A stretch of 64,000 bases of DNA, from the NCBI GenBank assembly GCA_002633005.1, contig NMRA01000513.1, forward strand, positions 186,001 to 250,000, in the 5' to 3' direction. Made by a program: the position numbers and the translations under genes. The DNA comes from Phoronis australis. Taxonomy: Eukaryota; Animalia; Phoronida. The notes under the pieces were generated by a model. The model was not told the DNA's origin. It saw only the letters and a program-made list of their open reading frames with translations, and ran no database searches. Below are positions 49,357 to 61,400 of the stretch, piece by piece. Each line of letters opens with the position of its first letter. Within the stretch, counting starts at the first letter, position 1.

Positions 49357-50249
49357 TTAAAAGTGTCTTCTAGTAAACTCTCTTGATTAGCTCGTGTGCC
49401 ATACGAGTGTGTGGTTGTAAGACAACACTAGATCTTCCAATATATCAGTGAATCGTAAGGTTACTTAGTAGCTAAGACGAACTTTCACATTTTTTTCTAC
49501 ATGTATAAGTTCAATATAAACGTTCGGCAATGCTTTTTTTTGTCTTCTCATTAGAAGATGTAAGAAACCATTGGCAACGTTTTCCTCTTTGAGAAACTTG
49601 TATAAGACACGATTCGCACACTGTCTTTTGACTTGGAGAGGGACTATTGCATCGCAGTATTCTCTAAAATATATACGTGAGAGCAGATGATAGTAAATCC
49701 CACTTGAACTTCAACGGTGTGCGACGACAGATTATAGCTCGGCCAAGAACAAAGGATTTCCTCTAGGTGGCAGTAATAGCATGCACTTTCACTTATCACC
49801 TGAAAAGACAAGTACCGGCCAAAGACGGTGGTGACACCACTGGGCATTTAATTGAATTATGACCTTTGTTGGCAGTGGTGTCTGAGACAACTTGAGGATT
49901 GGTGTAGTATCAATCTAGAATGTACTTTAGTGTCATTACAAGTTTAAGCAACAACAGTTTTTTCTATGTTTTATATTGTGTAGGGCCTTGTCAAAAAGTC
50001 TGCGCAATAAGCCAAATATAAACAAATATCCTTATTATTTTTAGAACCACGAACAAGAGTGGACGAAGACGAGTGCAAGTGACGTTGAGTGACACCTTGT
50101 GGCGTCCAAAATGGGTTTCACCTTGACCGAAACCAAACTTAGGCCTGGTGACTGCAATACAGCAATTCCTCGGTCCAAGACGATCCCTGGTGCTGACTAT
50201 GGAAGGTGAACTCAGAAAAATATGTGCACCGGTGCTACATAGACTTTTT

Positions 50250-50775
50250 AACTATACGTCGTATATAGGGAGAAGATCGAACACAAACTGAGCACTCTTT
50301 TTCGTCTCAGAAGAATGATTTCGCGGGACTGACGTTATTGTCACTCTCCCTCTGTAAGGCCTACGGTGACTTATCGAAAAATCGGCTACTACTTTCTACA
50401 CTGTGTATAATTGCGGACAACAGCATGTGCTGAAAAAATTCTTAAAGTCACATTTTGAATACGAAAAGTGTTTGAAATAATGTCACCCACTTACCACTGG
50501 AGGCCACGTCTTGTTTCAAGAAGACAATACCACCTTCAGGCTCCTCATAAAGGAGGCTATGGATGTACGGTTGAGTCACACTGAGCGCTAGTTGAATAGC
50601 AACACTGGTTCATTTAAGCTCCAACTGCTTTGATTTCTCAGTGGTGTATCCCCTCACAATGCCATTTTGATGTATACCTGTGTAGACTGTTCTTCTGTGT
50701 TACCTGACTGGAGTGTTGTGAACATTGTCTTGAGAATGGTTCACTGATAATAAACCGAAACGTCAACTAATACGA
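50250..50775 (+). mobile_element. Decayed Penelope-like GIY-YIG 3' end with hammerhead-variant motif
   Basis: SYIG(E) at about 50259; VLFQEDNTTFRLLIKEAMDVR..LNSNTGSFKLQLL* at about 50507-50633; CTTGAGAA-TGGTT..AACC-GAAACGTC at 50729-50764. Confidence 0.65.
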
Positions 50776-52142
50776 TGTCTTTGTTTACGTATGCCCTGAT
50801 TTTAAAATTGGTACTCATATTTTGGCCAAAAACAAATGAAATGCCTTTTGTGTAAATCAGTTGGATATTATATACCAATTTAAAATTTAAAAGTAATCCA
50901 CAGAAACGTATTGTAAGGACGGTTGCGACTGATTGTACACTGAGTTGGATGAAAATGGAGATCTACGTATAATTAGGCAAGTTATTTTCTCACGACTGTC
51001 GTTTCCAAAAATGACAGTCAGCCTTTGATTTATAACTTAAACCATGATTTTAAGGTTGTCTTTGAACTCGAAATTTATATTTCAATCAACAATCTTTCCC
51101 GATTGTTTCTGCAAAGGTCTGCACGTCATCACTGCGGGTTGCTATTTCGAATGTGACGTGTTTGTACCCCGGCAAATTGCCTGTCAGTGACATGAATCGT
51201 TAATGAAAGGCGAGGAATATTTCGACGCCGATAAGATGAGAGTGAGAGGCCTTTTTCGATTTCCATTCCAACCAACTAAACGGCGCGATGTGCAACTTCA
51301 ATAAACCTGATGTTTGTGTTTTATAATGAGGGAGAAATTTGTTAGAAATATTTGTCCTTTATTGAGCATTCCGTTCATTGTTTACCGTAACGCTTCGCCA
51401 TCTAGTGGCACTTGATTGAAACTTAGATTCTAGGAGATGGCGGAATAAAAGAAGGTGTTGTTTGTAACCTTTGTCGTTGTTTCGATTAAGGAACAGAATT
51501 TGTATATTGTTGACTAGTATCACATTACTACACTTGTTTTCTTTTCTTTTTTAATGGTGTACTTTGGCCTGATGACTACGTGTACGTACACTGTATAAAG
51601 AGTGACGATGCCAGTAGAAAAGCAAGCACAGAACGAAATGTAAAATGTGATGTAGATAATTTCAGGTACATGTACAACATTTCCAGATATTAGATACTCA
51701 AATTATGATTGCGTGACAATGTAACGGGGTTGTAAAACATTGCGTTTTTAAACAGGGCTCTGTTTCATGAACTTAAGACTTAAGGCAGACAATTGTTTTT
51801 TTTCTCGTCTACTTGTAACCGAAAGAAAAGTTAGCCAAATGCTTAAGAGCACATTGCACTCTTGATCTAACTATCTCAGTAACTTGAAGTTTTGTATATA
51901 TCATTCTCAGAGAATTTACTTTTTTCTCAAATGATATTTTGTTATTTTTTATAAATAATTTGTGGAGTGTACATAAGACCAAATTTCGGACTTAAGTCTA
52001 AAGCCACGTTTCATAAAACAGAGAGTCCTAGGACGGATCTCCCATCTCAGTTTCTGACACCATGTGGCTACAAACCTGCCATCAACTAAAACTTGATCGA
52101 TCCGCGGAATGGGAGGCTTTTGAAGTACAAGTTTCTAACCTG

Positions 52143-52294
52143 GCGAGCGTTCAGTAAGGCTATGGCCTACGCTAGGACTTACCTAAAATCTAGCCGAAGT
52201 CACGTGCTCTAATTTAAAATACACTGCCATATCTCACGTAATCTCACAAAGTCTTGCTTTTTAGCGAGATCCTAGCGTTACTGAACGGGAGGCT
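52143..52294 (+). mobile_element. About 150-bp MITE copy
   Basis: Homologous to 44995-45150 and 62238-62349. Confidence 0.7.
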
Positions 52295-52527
52295 GGCTTC
52301 TGATCACGTGAGACTAGATAATAGAGGACGAGAAGGCAGTTTTACTTTTGCTTGAAAAGCACCACATCTAATCACAAACACTGTCAAAATGCCCCCCCCC
52401 CCATACCACCTGCTTCGAAGTAGAAGTGCCTCCTGGTAAGCTACCGTAGGTGGCGATAAGAATCACGGGTTCCAAGTGGCCAGTCCTTGTTGCTTTCTAA
52501 AACACAGTTTGTTGTTGCTTGAGTTCA

Positions 52528-52665
52528 GGTTCCCGTTCAGTAACTCTAGGATCTCGCTTAAAAGCAAGACTTCGCGAGGTTACGTGAGATCTTGCCATGT
52601 ATTTTGAATGAGAGCACGTGACTTAGGCTAGATTTTTGCTAGGACCTAGCGTTACTGAACGCACA
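52528..52665 (-). mobile_element. About 150-bp MITE copy, inverted relative to 52143-52294
   Basis: Reverse-complement homology. Confidence 0.7.
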
Positions 52666-52761
52666 CCATGCCCGGTAGCTTGCTTTGTTGTGGTGGCCGT
52701 TTCAACCCTGGTTCTTTTGTTTTCTCACTTCGTACTCTTAGTAAGGAACATACTTGCCATA

Positions 52762-52911
52762 CAATGGCGGATTTAAGGTGAGCAAGGCCCCCATAAAATT
52801 TTTCCAGATTCCATTTGGCAGTTCAGGGGTGCTGCGAATTTCTGACGGGCAAAGTCCGAGCTAATACTCTGCCCTGGCCCCACCTAACTCAAAATCCTGG
52901 ATCCTCCCCTG
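52762..52911 (+). mobile_element. About 150-bp MITE with TA flanks
   Basis: TA|CAATGGCGGATTTAAG ... AAAATCCTGGATCCTCCCCTG|TA. Confidence 0.7.
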
Positions 52912-55294
52912 TATTGAGACTTATTTTGTAGCAGAACTGATTTTAAAATCAAAAGTTGATTAATTTCTTTTGTCACCTCTGGTATATTTGATAGCCATTT
53001 CAATTTCCACATATTTTTTACTTTTTGAACTCTATTGTAATTTATCGTTATGCATTGCTCATGTCTTATTTTCTGTTGTATCTGTGAGAGGGCGCTCTTG
53101 GCAAATTGCATTATTCGTAAGAAGTTGACATACCGTATGTCGTGACCGGATGATATTATCCAATACAGAAACAGGTAAGATCACCTTAAAGTCCGATAAT
53201 ATTTATAAAAAAACACCAGCTTGATCCTTAGTGGGTGCAACACTTCATCAAGTATGAAGACAAGTGACACGAAATGCTTACTTAAGCTAAACTGTTCAGG
53301 ACTATAAAGTTGAGGAACTATTTTTACGGCTTTATCTCTGAAGAGGTGTGCCCTCAATTTCAGTCGTGTAATACAGTGTACTAGCAGACTTGTGTAAAAG
53401 GGATGCTGGGATTTTAGCGGATCATTCTGAAGTTGCGTTTCAATGTATGCATTTCATATCCTGAGCTAAAAGCGAAAGTTCCACAGTGTTTACCTTGCGT
53501 CGATAAATACAGTGTTCCGGAAGAGTCAGGAAAAGATCATACATATTGCATGCTATATACTTTATTTGCTAATTAAACAGTGGATGATATTACAAAACAA
53601 AATCCAACGAAAGAAAATTCATCAACAGGCATGATAAGCAAAATGACTCCTCTTCTACGTGAAGCCGCAGAGGGAATTTTAATTTTCCTTTGCACAGCAG
53701 CAGCTGCATTTAACAACTCAGGACCATGCTTCAAGAAACGTGAGATTGTTGTAAAGTTACATGCAATTCGTGCTTCTGCAATCCTGCTCAAGTTTTCTTT
53801 GACCAAATCTTACATCTTGCCATGTCCAATGTGAAGTGTAGAGTACTACTTTTCAAACAATGTCGTCAATAATTCTAAAAGCATTTGCGAATAGGCAGTA
53901 ATTGTTGTTGTTGTCACAGTGGGCGATAGATGTCACTCACGATCATAAGGAAGTCGTCTGCTTGAACACATTATGTTGATTTCAATAAACTTTCGTAGCA
54001 GTCGTCCTTCGCACCCTCTGAAAATTCAAGTATTTTTGTTCATAAACAGTTTCTTACGTAGTCTGTGTTGTTAAAACAGTATCTCGTTGGCGTAATTATA
54101 CTCATTTGCCATCCTTTGATGAACAAAAAAATCAAAAGTAATGAGGCTCTGGTCACCCGCTTCCTCCGCGCTTGAACAGACACAAGTTTCGTCACCTCGT
54201 CTAGTTAACATATACCACGATTATAAACGTAAGTTCATCTCAAATTGCTTGGATTATTCGCAAAAAGGTAAGAAGGCTGAGAGGTTAGGTCCATATCAGC
54301 AAGTGAGTGATGAAAAGAATATTGACGTAACATGTTTTTGTTCCTAGCCAATCAGTGCGTAAAACGTGTTCCCTCAATATGACTATCTTGCTAGTGGTGA
54401 CACAATTGCGTTAACTGGATTCCTAAAGACCCATTTGGAGCTATCTTTTAAAAGAATCCTCTTGGTTCATGAGTCGGAACCCTTTCGAATACGGTGAATT
54501 AGTGGTTTTCACGAGATAATACCATAGTCCGAATGGAACTCACTGATTGATTTTAAGGCTGGATTCGTCACCGCTTACTTGGTTTCATCCAGTTTAAGCC
54601 GTGTGATTTCTTACCTAACACGACACGAGTCTTTAGGAGTTGGTACGTTTTTCCAGTGGATAGTTAAAAACATATGCTCTTTCGACAACGGCACTGGGCG
54701 AATCTACTGACACAAAGGGGCTGCCCTGAGTATGAATTGTGTTCAGAATACGTTCTCGAAAAACTGATGCAAAGTGAATCACGAAACGCTGTCAATTATT
54801 AAAGTTACACTCAGATTTTCCCGCATTACATGGCCATGCGCCTGAATCCAATAATAATAGGTTTTGTCATGCAACACTTATTTTGCTCAAGTGTACGTGG
54901 CAAATATCAACTTAAATGGAAACTGAAGGCGACCAACCTTTGATTTGAATTGTGTGTGTCTTTTGTTTCATGTTAGTGCTTTCAGCTTTTACAGATGACC
55001 TTTAATAGAATGACACGTCCAATACTTGTCGTTTTGTAAGGATTAAATACCCGGAATAAGCCATTGTTCAGCTTGTTCTTTTAGGATTTGTTCTTTGTCA
55101 ATTACTCAAAAAAGTCCCATAAACTGTGAGCCTAACTACGAATTTGCGTGTAGGATCACATGGCCCTAAATACGTACATGCAAAACGTTGGTCGTGAGAA
55201 CTACTCCTGATCATAACTCTTTTATAAAGCTGGCTATTTTCTTAGACCAACTGCGTATGAATAAGTAAATCTTGAGTGAAAGTGGAAATACGGA

Positions 55295-55385
55295 TCACAA
55301 ACATGGTTGAGTCTGGTCAGCACGTCACCTAGGTTTTGATGTGGCCAACAGGTGACGTGCAGACCAAACTTAAACCTGATTGTGA
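55295..55385 (-). other. About 91-nt imperfect hairpin just downstream of the last gene B donor
   Basis: TCACAA..GGTT..TTGGTC-T-GCACGTCACCT [loop] AGGTGACGTGC-T-GACCAG..AACC..TTGTGA. Confidence 0.7.
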
Positions 55386-55431
55386 ACTACCTCAGAACTT
55401 ACGCTTTTTCATTCCTGACGGTATCAGTCAT

Positions 55432-55492
55432 CTAACTTGATTCTTCCTTCTCAATCTCTTTCTCTTCTTCTTTCGCCTCTTTCTCTTCTTCC
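55432..55492 (-). CDS. Gene B last coding exon (truncated copy of exon 7): EEEKEAKEEEKEIEKEESS*
   Basis: Same acceptor as 56507; homology breaks at 55440; TAG; donor GTAAGT at 55402. Confidence 0.75.
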
Positions 55493-58400
55493 CTAAACGG
55501 AAAATATAATTTCATCCAATTGTGTATTGCCTCGATTGTGCCCTCAATACAGATGTGGATTTTGTCTTACATCACTTTCTTGATTATGGAACAGAACAGT
55601 TCGGTTTTCTGCAGTTGCTGAACGGACGCAGTGTTTCAAGAATTTAAAAGTGTCGAGGACAGCACAATATTTCTCAAAACTCTTTTCGGTGTTCGGACAA
55701 ATTTATACTCACTTGGTAGTGTCCTTTACCCTGAGAGATATTTTTCGCTTGTAATGTCAAAACATCAGATATTATTCGAATGTGCAGTGCATAAATGTAT
55801 GCGTAGCAAAAAGAATCATACAAGATTCAAACTATTGAAAACGTGAGAACTTACGTGATTTGTTTGTCTTCGTCAGCCTCAAACGTTTTCTTGTCGATGC
55901 TTCCACCCTTCAAGATTTGTTTAACTAGTTCGTGGGCTGCATCTCCACCCATACCTTGAGCCTTAAGGTTGGCAACTACCTCATCGGTTGAGACTTTTCC
56001 GTCTTTGTTGGTATCGAGAACGTCGAAAGTTTGATCTTCTATCACAGCTTCGTCTTCTTTTTTGTCTCCCCTGGAATAATGTAAAGGGGTTTTCTTACAT
56101 TTGACTCGTATACATTATTGATGAACCTTTTCCAACAATAATATGAGGTTCATGAAAAGTTACATATGATGTGTGTTTTCCAAAAACTAGTTAAAATTGT
56201 AAAAACTTACTTTTCCAACTTGGCTTCAACAGCCTCAAACTCTGCCTTGTCAATACTCCCGTCTTTGTTGGCGTCGTAAGCCTTCATTGATTCTTTAACG
56301 GCAATGTCGCCTCCTGATGGGTTTGCTGCTTTTATTTCAGCACCTGTAATTTTTCCGTCTTTGTTGGTGTCAATGGACTCAAAGGTCTTATCTTCGTCCT
56401 TAGCTACATCTTTTTCTTCCTCAGCCTCTTCGCTGGCCAAGTCTCTTTTCGCTTTTTCTTCCTTCTCAATCTCTTTCTCTTCTTTTTTCGCCTCTTTCTC
56501 TTCTTCCCTAAACGGAAAATACAATTTCATCCAATTGTGTATTTCCTCGATCGTGTCATAAATACAGATAGCTATTTTGTCTTCCAGTATTTTCTTGAGT
56601 ACGGAACGAAACCGTTTGGTTTTTCTGCAGTTGCTGAGCGAACGCAGTGTTTCAAGAATTTAAACGTGTCGAGGGCAGTATAACATTTCTCAAACTTTTT
56701 TTTGGTGTTCGGACAAATTTACACTGACTTAATGGTTTCCTATACCCTGTCAGATTTTTTTGCTTGTTATCAATCAACGACTTGCAATTTAGCGTATGAA
56801 AAAATAGCACAAAATATCCAACAGCCAAGTTCACACTTTAACACTCACACATTTTACTTGCAGTACTGACGTTCATGAGTGAATGTACATGAAATGTATA
56901 ACAAAACATCGGATATTATTCGAATGTGCAGTGCATACATGTATGCGTAGCAAAAAGAATCATACAAGACTCAAACTATTTAAAACGTGAGAACTTACGT
57001 GATTTGTTTGTCTTCGTCAGCCTCAAACGTTTTCTTGTCGATGCTTCCACCCTTCAAGATTTGTTTAGCTAGTTCGCGTGCTGAATTTCCATCCATACCT
57101 TGAGCCTTAAGGATGGCAACTACCTCATCAGTTGAGACTTTTCCGTCTTTGTTGGTATCGAGAACGTCGAAAGTTTGATCTTCTTCCAAAGCTTCGTATT
57201 CTTTTTTGTCTCCCCTGGAATAATGTAAAGGGTTATTCTTACATTTGACTTGTAAACATTATTGATGAACCTTTTCCAACACTAAAATGAGGTTCATGAA
57301 ATGTTAAACCTTATGTGTGTTTTCCGAAAACTAGTTAAAATTGTAAAAACTTACTTTTCCAACTTGGCTTCAACAGCCTCAAACTCTGCCTTGTCAATAC
57401 TCCCGTCTTTGTTGGCGTCGTAAGCCTTCATTGATTCTTTAACGGCAATGTCGCCTCCTGATGGGTTTGCTGCTTTTATTTCAGCACCTGTAATTTTTCC
57501 GTCTTTGTTGGTGTCAATGGACTCGAACATCTTATCTTCGTCCTTGGCTACATCTTTTTCTTCCTCGGCCTCTTCACTGGCTAAGTCTCTTTTGGATTCT
57601 TCTTCCTTCTTAATCTCATCCTCCTCTTTTTTCTCCTGTTTCTCAACACCCCTAAAAAGAAAATATGGCCATATGCTATTCTATGTTTCCTGGAGGGTAT
57701 CTCAAACAGAAATGTGAGCTTTGTATTGCCCCCGTTAACACAAATATTGAACAGAATTGTTCGGTCTTCTGTAACACCTGCAATCGTAACACAAATTTCG
57801 AAGTGTCGAGGACAGCCGCTTCACTGAATAGGATATGTTGGTACAAGAATTTCTGTCTTTTCTCTAGACTGTCTCAAATTCGGAAAGAAAAATTACTGTA
57901 CTATATGTTTGCACTTCCTTGGACTGTTCAACATGAGGCTTCATCCCGTGAAACTAAGACCTTGGCTTCTGCATTCTTTCAGAGTATGAAACAAAAGTTT
58001 ATGGAAGATTTACAAAAGCATTAGAGCACACGATTAAAGCTCTACTGTTGACTTGAGGTGAAAGCTTTTATTCACGAGATACAATCATTTTGTCAGTAAA
58101 CAAATATTGACCTTCGGGCATATGTGACATTGTCTTTGGGATTCATCCCTATTACTATATTTTTGGTTGAAAATAAGATCTAAAAGGTATGTTAAGAAAT
58201 GTGCCTCTTGGAAACGAAGGTAGGCAGTTATACGTTGTTTAAGTGCATTTGGTTTAGAAACAGTATCAAAACTGAAACTCCACGAGATCTTGCTTGAACA
58301 TGGGGAGTAGGTAAAATATTATTTCGAGACAGACTTAAGAGCTTACTCAAATACTTTTTCTTCATCTGCTTCAAACTCTTCCTTGGTAACAGCACCGTCT

Positions 58401-61400
58401 TTGTTGGTGTCATAGAAGTCCATGCTTTCTTTAGTCTCCTTGGCAGCTTCGTCTTTATCAAGGCCACTAGCTAAGAGGGCGGCATTTACTTCAGCGGATG
58501 AGATCTTTCCGTCCTTGTCAGTATCGAGAGAATCGAAATTTTCCGTTACGGCCAAAGCAACATCTTCCTTTTCGTCTCCACTGAAATTGACACAATGGAG
58601 TATTATCGAAATTTCCCCAAAGTAGTTGAGGACACTTGGTTTTTGCTTAGGAAAAATTTTACAATGGTTTTAAAATATTTATTCGGTGCGTACATGTACA
58701 TGTAATCAGTAGATAAAACTCACAATGAACGAAATTTTCTCCGTCTTTTCGTTTGCTTTCGAAACAAAGCTATTCAAATTTAGAAGGCATTCGGACTGTT
58801 ACTTAAGGGCGCTAGGCAACTACAGGTAAGTAATACATGATGAGTGATGAATGGTGCATACACCCATATGTTTTCTTGTTTCCATATGTCGGTAAAAACG
58901 ATGAAGCGCGCTTTTCAAAATACAGCTCGACAGGTAAAAAGTCCACAGCCAAACTTTGTTAAGATTGAAGCAAATATTGAGAAATCTGGCAAATTTTATT
59001 TCCGGTCGGCCAACAGCACTTGCTGGACGTGTGTGACACTGTAAGAACGCTGCAATTGACGCTTGATATTTTAAGAAAGCACGAACTCCTCCCTTACCAA
59101 TGGAGGAGAGTACAGCACACATCACGAATTTTTGGCCGACCGGTCGGAAATTGGTCGACGACCGGCCGTCGACCGGTCGTCTAGCCGACCACCAGCCGAC
59201 CAACAACGGTCGGCTAGGAGCCGTCTGCTTAGTCGCCTCTGTGGTCGGCACTTGGGTCGGCTAATTGGTCGCCTNGCTCGACAGGTAAAAAGTCCACAGC
59301 CAAACTTTGTTAAGAATGAAGCAAATATTGAGAAATCTGGCAAATTTTATTTCCGGTCGGCCAACAGCACTTGCTGGACGTGTGTGACACTGTAAGAACG
59401 CTGCAATTGACGCTTGATATTTTAAGAAAGCACGAACTCCTCCCTTACCAATGGAGGAGAGTAGGTATTTGCCACTGTGATTCCCAATTTGTTAAACGAT
59501 ATTGTAGTGAGACACCCCGTTGCTGCAGTGGAAGCAAGTGGTCTCGCATCATTCACTTGTTATTCATATAGATATCTGACCAAACCCGAAAAAGTAGTCC
59601 ACAGTAGAATACAGCTTTGAATAAGTGCACTTCCACCAGTCTAACCCTTGTTTCCATATCTTCACAAAGGAATTTTAGGGTTATTTCATTACAGTGCATG
59701 TGTGCGCTGGGTGCTTAGCTAGTTTTGGTATATCAGTGTTTCACACCACGTTTTTCAATCTAGCCAGATGTCGTCCTATCAGGTTTACTGTGCATACATC
59801 AAGCTTTTGGTTCTTCCGCGTTTGTCACGTGGGTTAATTCGATATCTATATGAGGTTAATATACGGGTTCTTTTACTATTCTACTTACTCTTCCTCTTTT
59901 TTAGTGACAGCGTCAAACTCTTTCTTAGTAACTGCCCCGTCTTTGTCTGCGTCATAGTCGTCCAAGAACTCTTTTGCTGTCAGTTTGGCGGCAGCATCAT
60001 CGGCATCTACCTGGTCTTTGGCTGCAGCCTCGATCTCAGCGGCTGTGATTTTTCCGTCATCGTCAGCGTCGAGGTCATCAAAAGTTGCAATGTCTGCTAG
60101 AGCCACCTGTTCGTCTTTGTCGCCCCTTCGAGAAATATTGTAAGCTCAACAGTACAAGTAATAAAACTCACAATGTTATATTTAAGGGTTATTTATTTTG
60201 TAGTACATGAAATACTTTATAATTTGACGACTTACCTTGTTGAGAAAAGTTTCCAGTAATCGAATATATCTGAGATATAAAATGGTGTGAATTAAAACAA
60301 GTGCTGGCATGTCAGTTAATAATTGTTGAAGATATGATTAATTGAAGATTCAATTTTATATAACTTTTGTTTTCGTGATTTCTGTATTCTCTCGATCAGC
60401 AATTCTACGCATTTGGATTTCAAATGCAATTTTATCATATTCTCAAACTACATGTTCATGTATTTGCAGTCTCATTTTGGGTTATGTACTTACTTTTCTT
60501 CTTTGTCCAGAACAGCTTCAAACTCTTTCTTGTCAACTCCCCCACTCTTGTCGGTATCGAAGGCGTCCATGACCTCTTTAACCGTCTTCTTGATTGCAGC
60601 TGAAAGCATTGATTTGAGCTCACTGGGAGTAACTTTTCCATCACCGTTGGCATCGATACGGTCAAAGCTGTCATCTTCTTCCTTATTGTACTCTTTTTCT
60701 TCTTTCTTTGCATCTGCTTCTTCTTCTTTTTCCATCTTTTTCAGCTCTGGTCCTCCTTCCTTTTCCTCCTCTTTCTCAACCTCTTTCATCTCTTTTTCCT
60801 CATCCTTCTCTTCTGCCTTGATCTCCTTCAGTTCTTTTCCCATGCCTTCTTTTTTCATTTCGCCTTCCATTTGTTGTTCCACGGTCTCCATGCCTTTTTC
60901 GCTTTCGGATTCTCTGTAAGAATAAATGCAGTATGTCAGCAATTGCCACCATTGTAACCATCTGAGACACCTTCTTTGAATCTTGAAATGAAGTCTTCGG
61001 TTTCTTCTACTCCGCGTTTCGACTGACAATTATCCTTATTCGCGACAAAATTACCATCCTCTATCGCATCGAATACCACAGCTGATATTATACAAATGTG
61101 CAAACATGGCATCTTTATATAACACAAAACGCATTGTTGATACGTAAGGTCTGCTGCCACATTTTTAGAGGAACGGTTGCGAGCACATTGAACGATGTGG
61201 AATCTGCGTTTCATGAAGTGTCTGATGGAGATTTTGAAAATTCTAGGTTTTCACACCTTCCTATTTGTACGTGTTCAAGACAGTTTCAGATTATTTTCCT
61301 TCGAGGACATCGCAATTTTTCGATCAAAGATCCAGCAACAAATGTCAATTACGTGTACAAGTATACACATGTATGTTCTCTAAGTGTTGCAATGAGCATT

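Noticed and set aside
53573-54060. Possible decayed coding fragment (LSRIAEARIACNF)
   Set aside because: Multiple stops, no splice support and no motif I can identify with confidence
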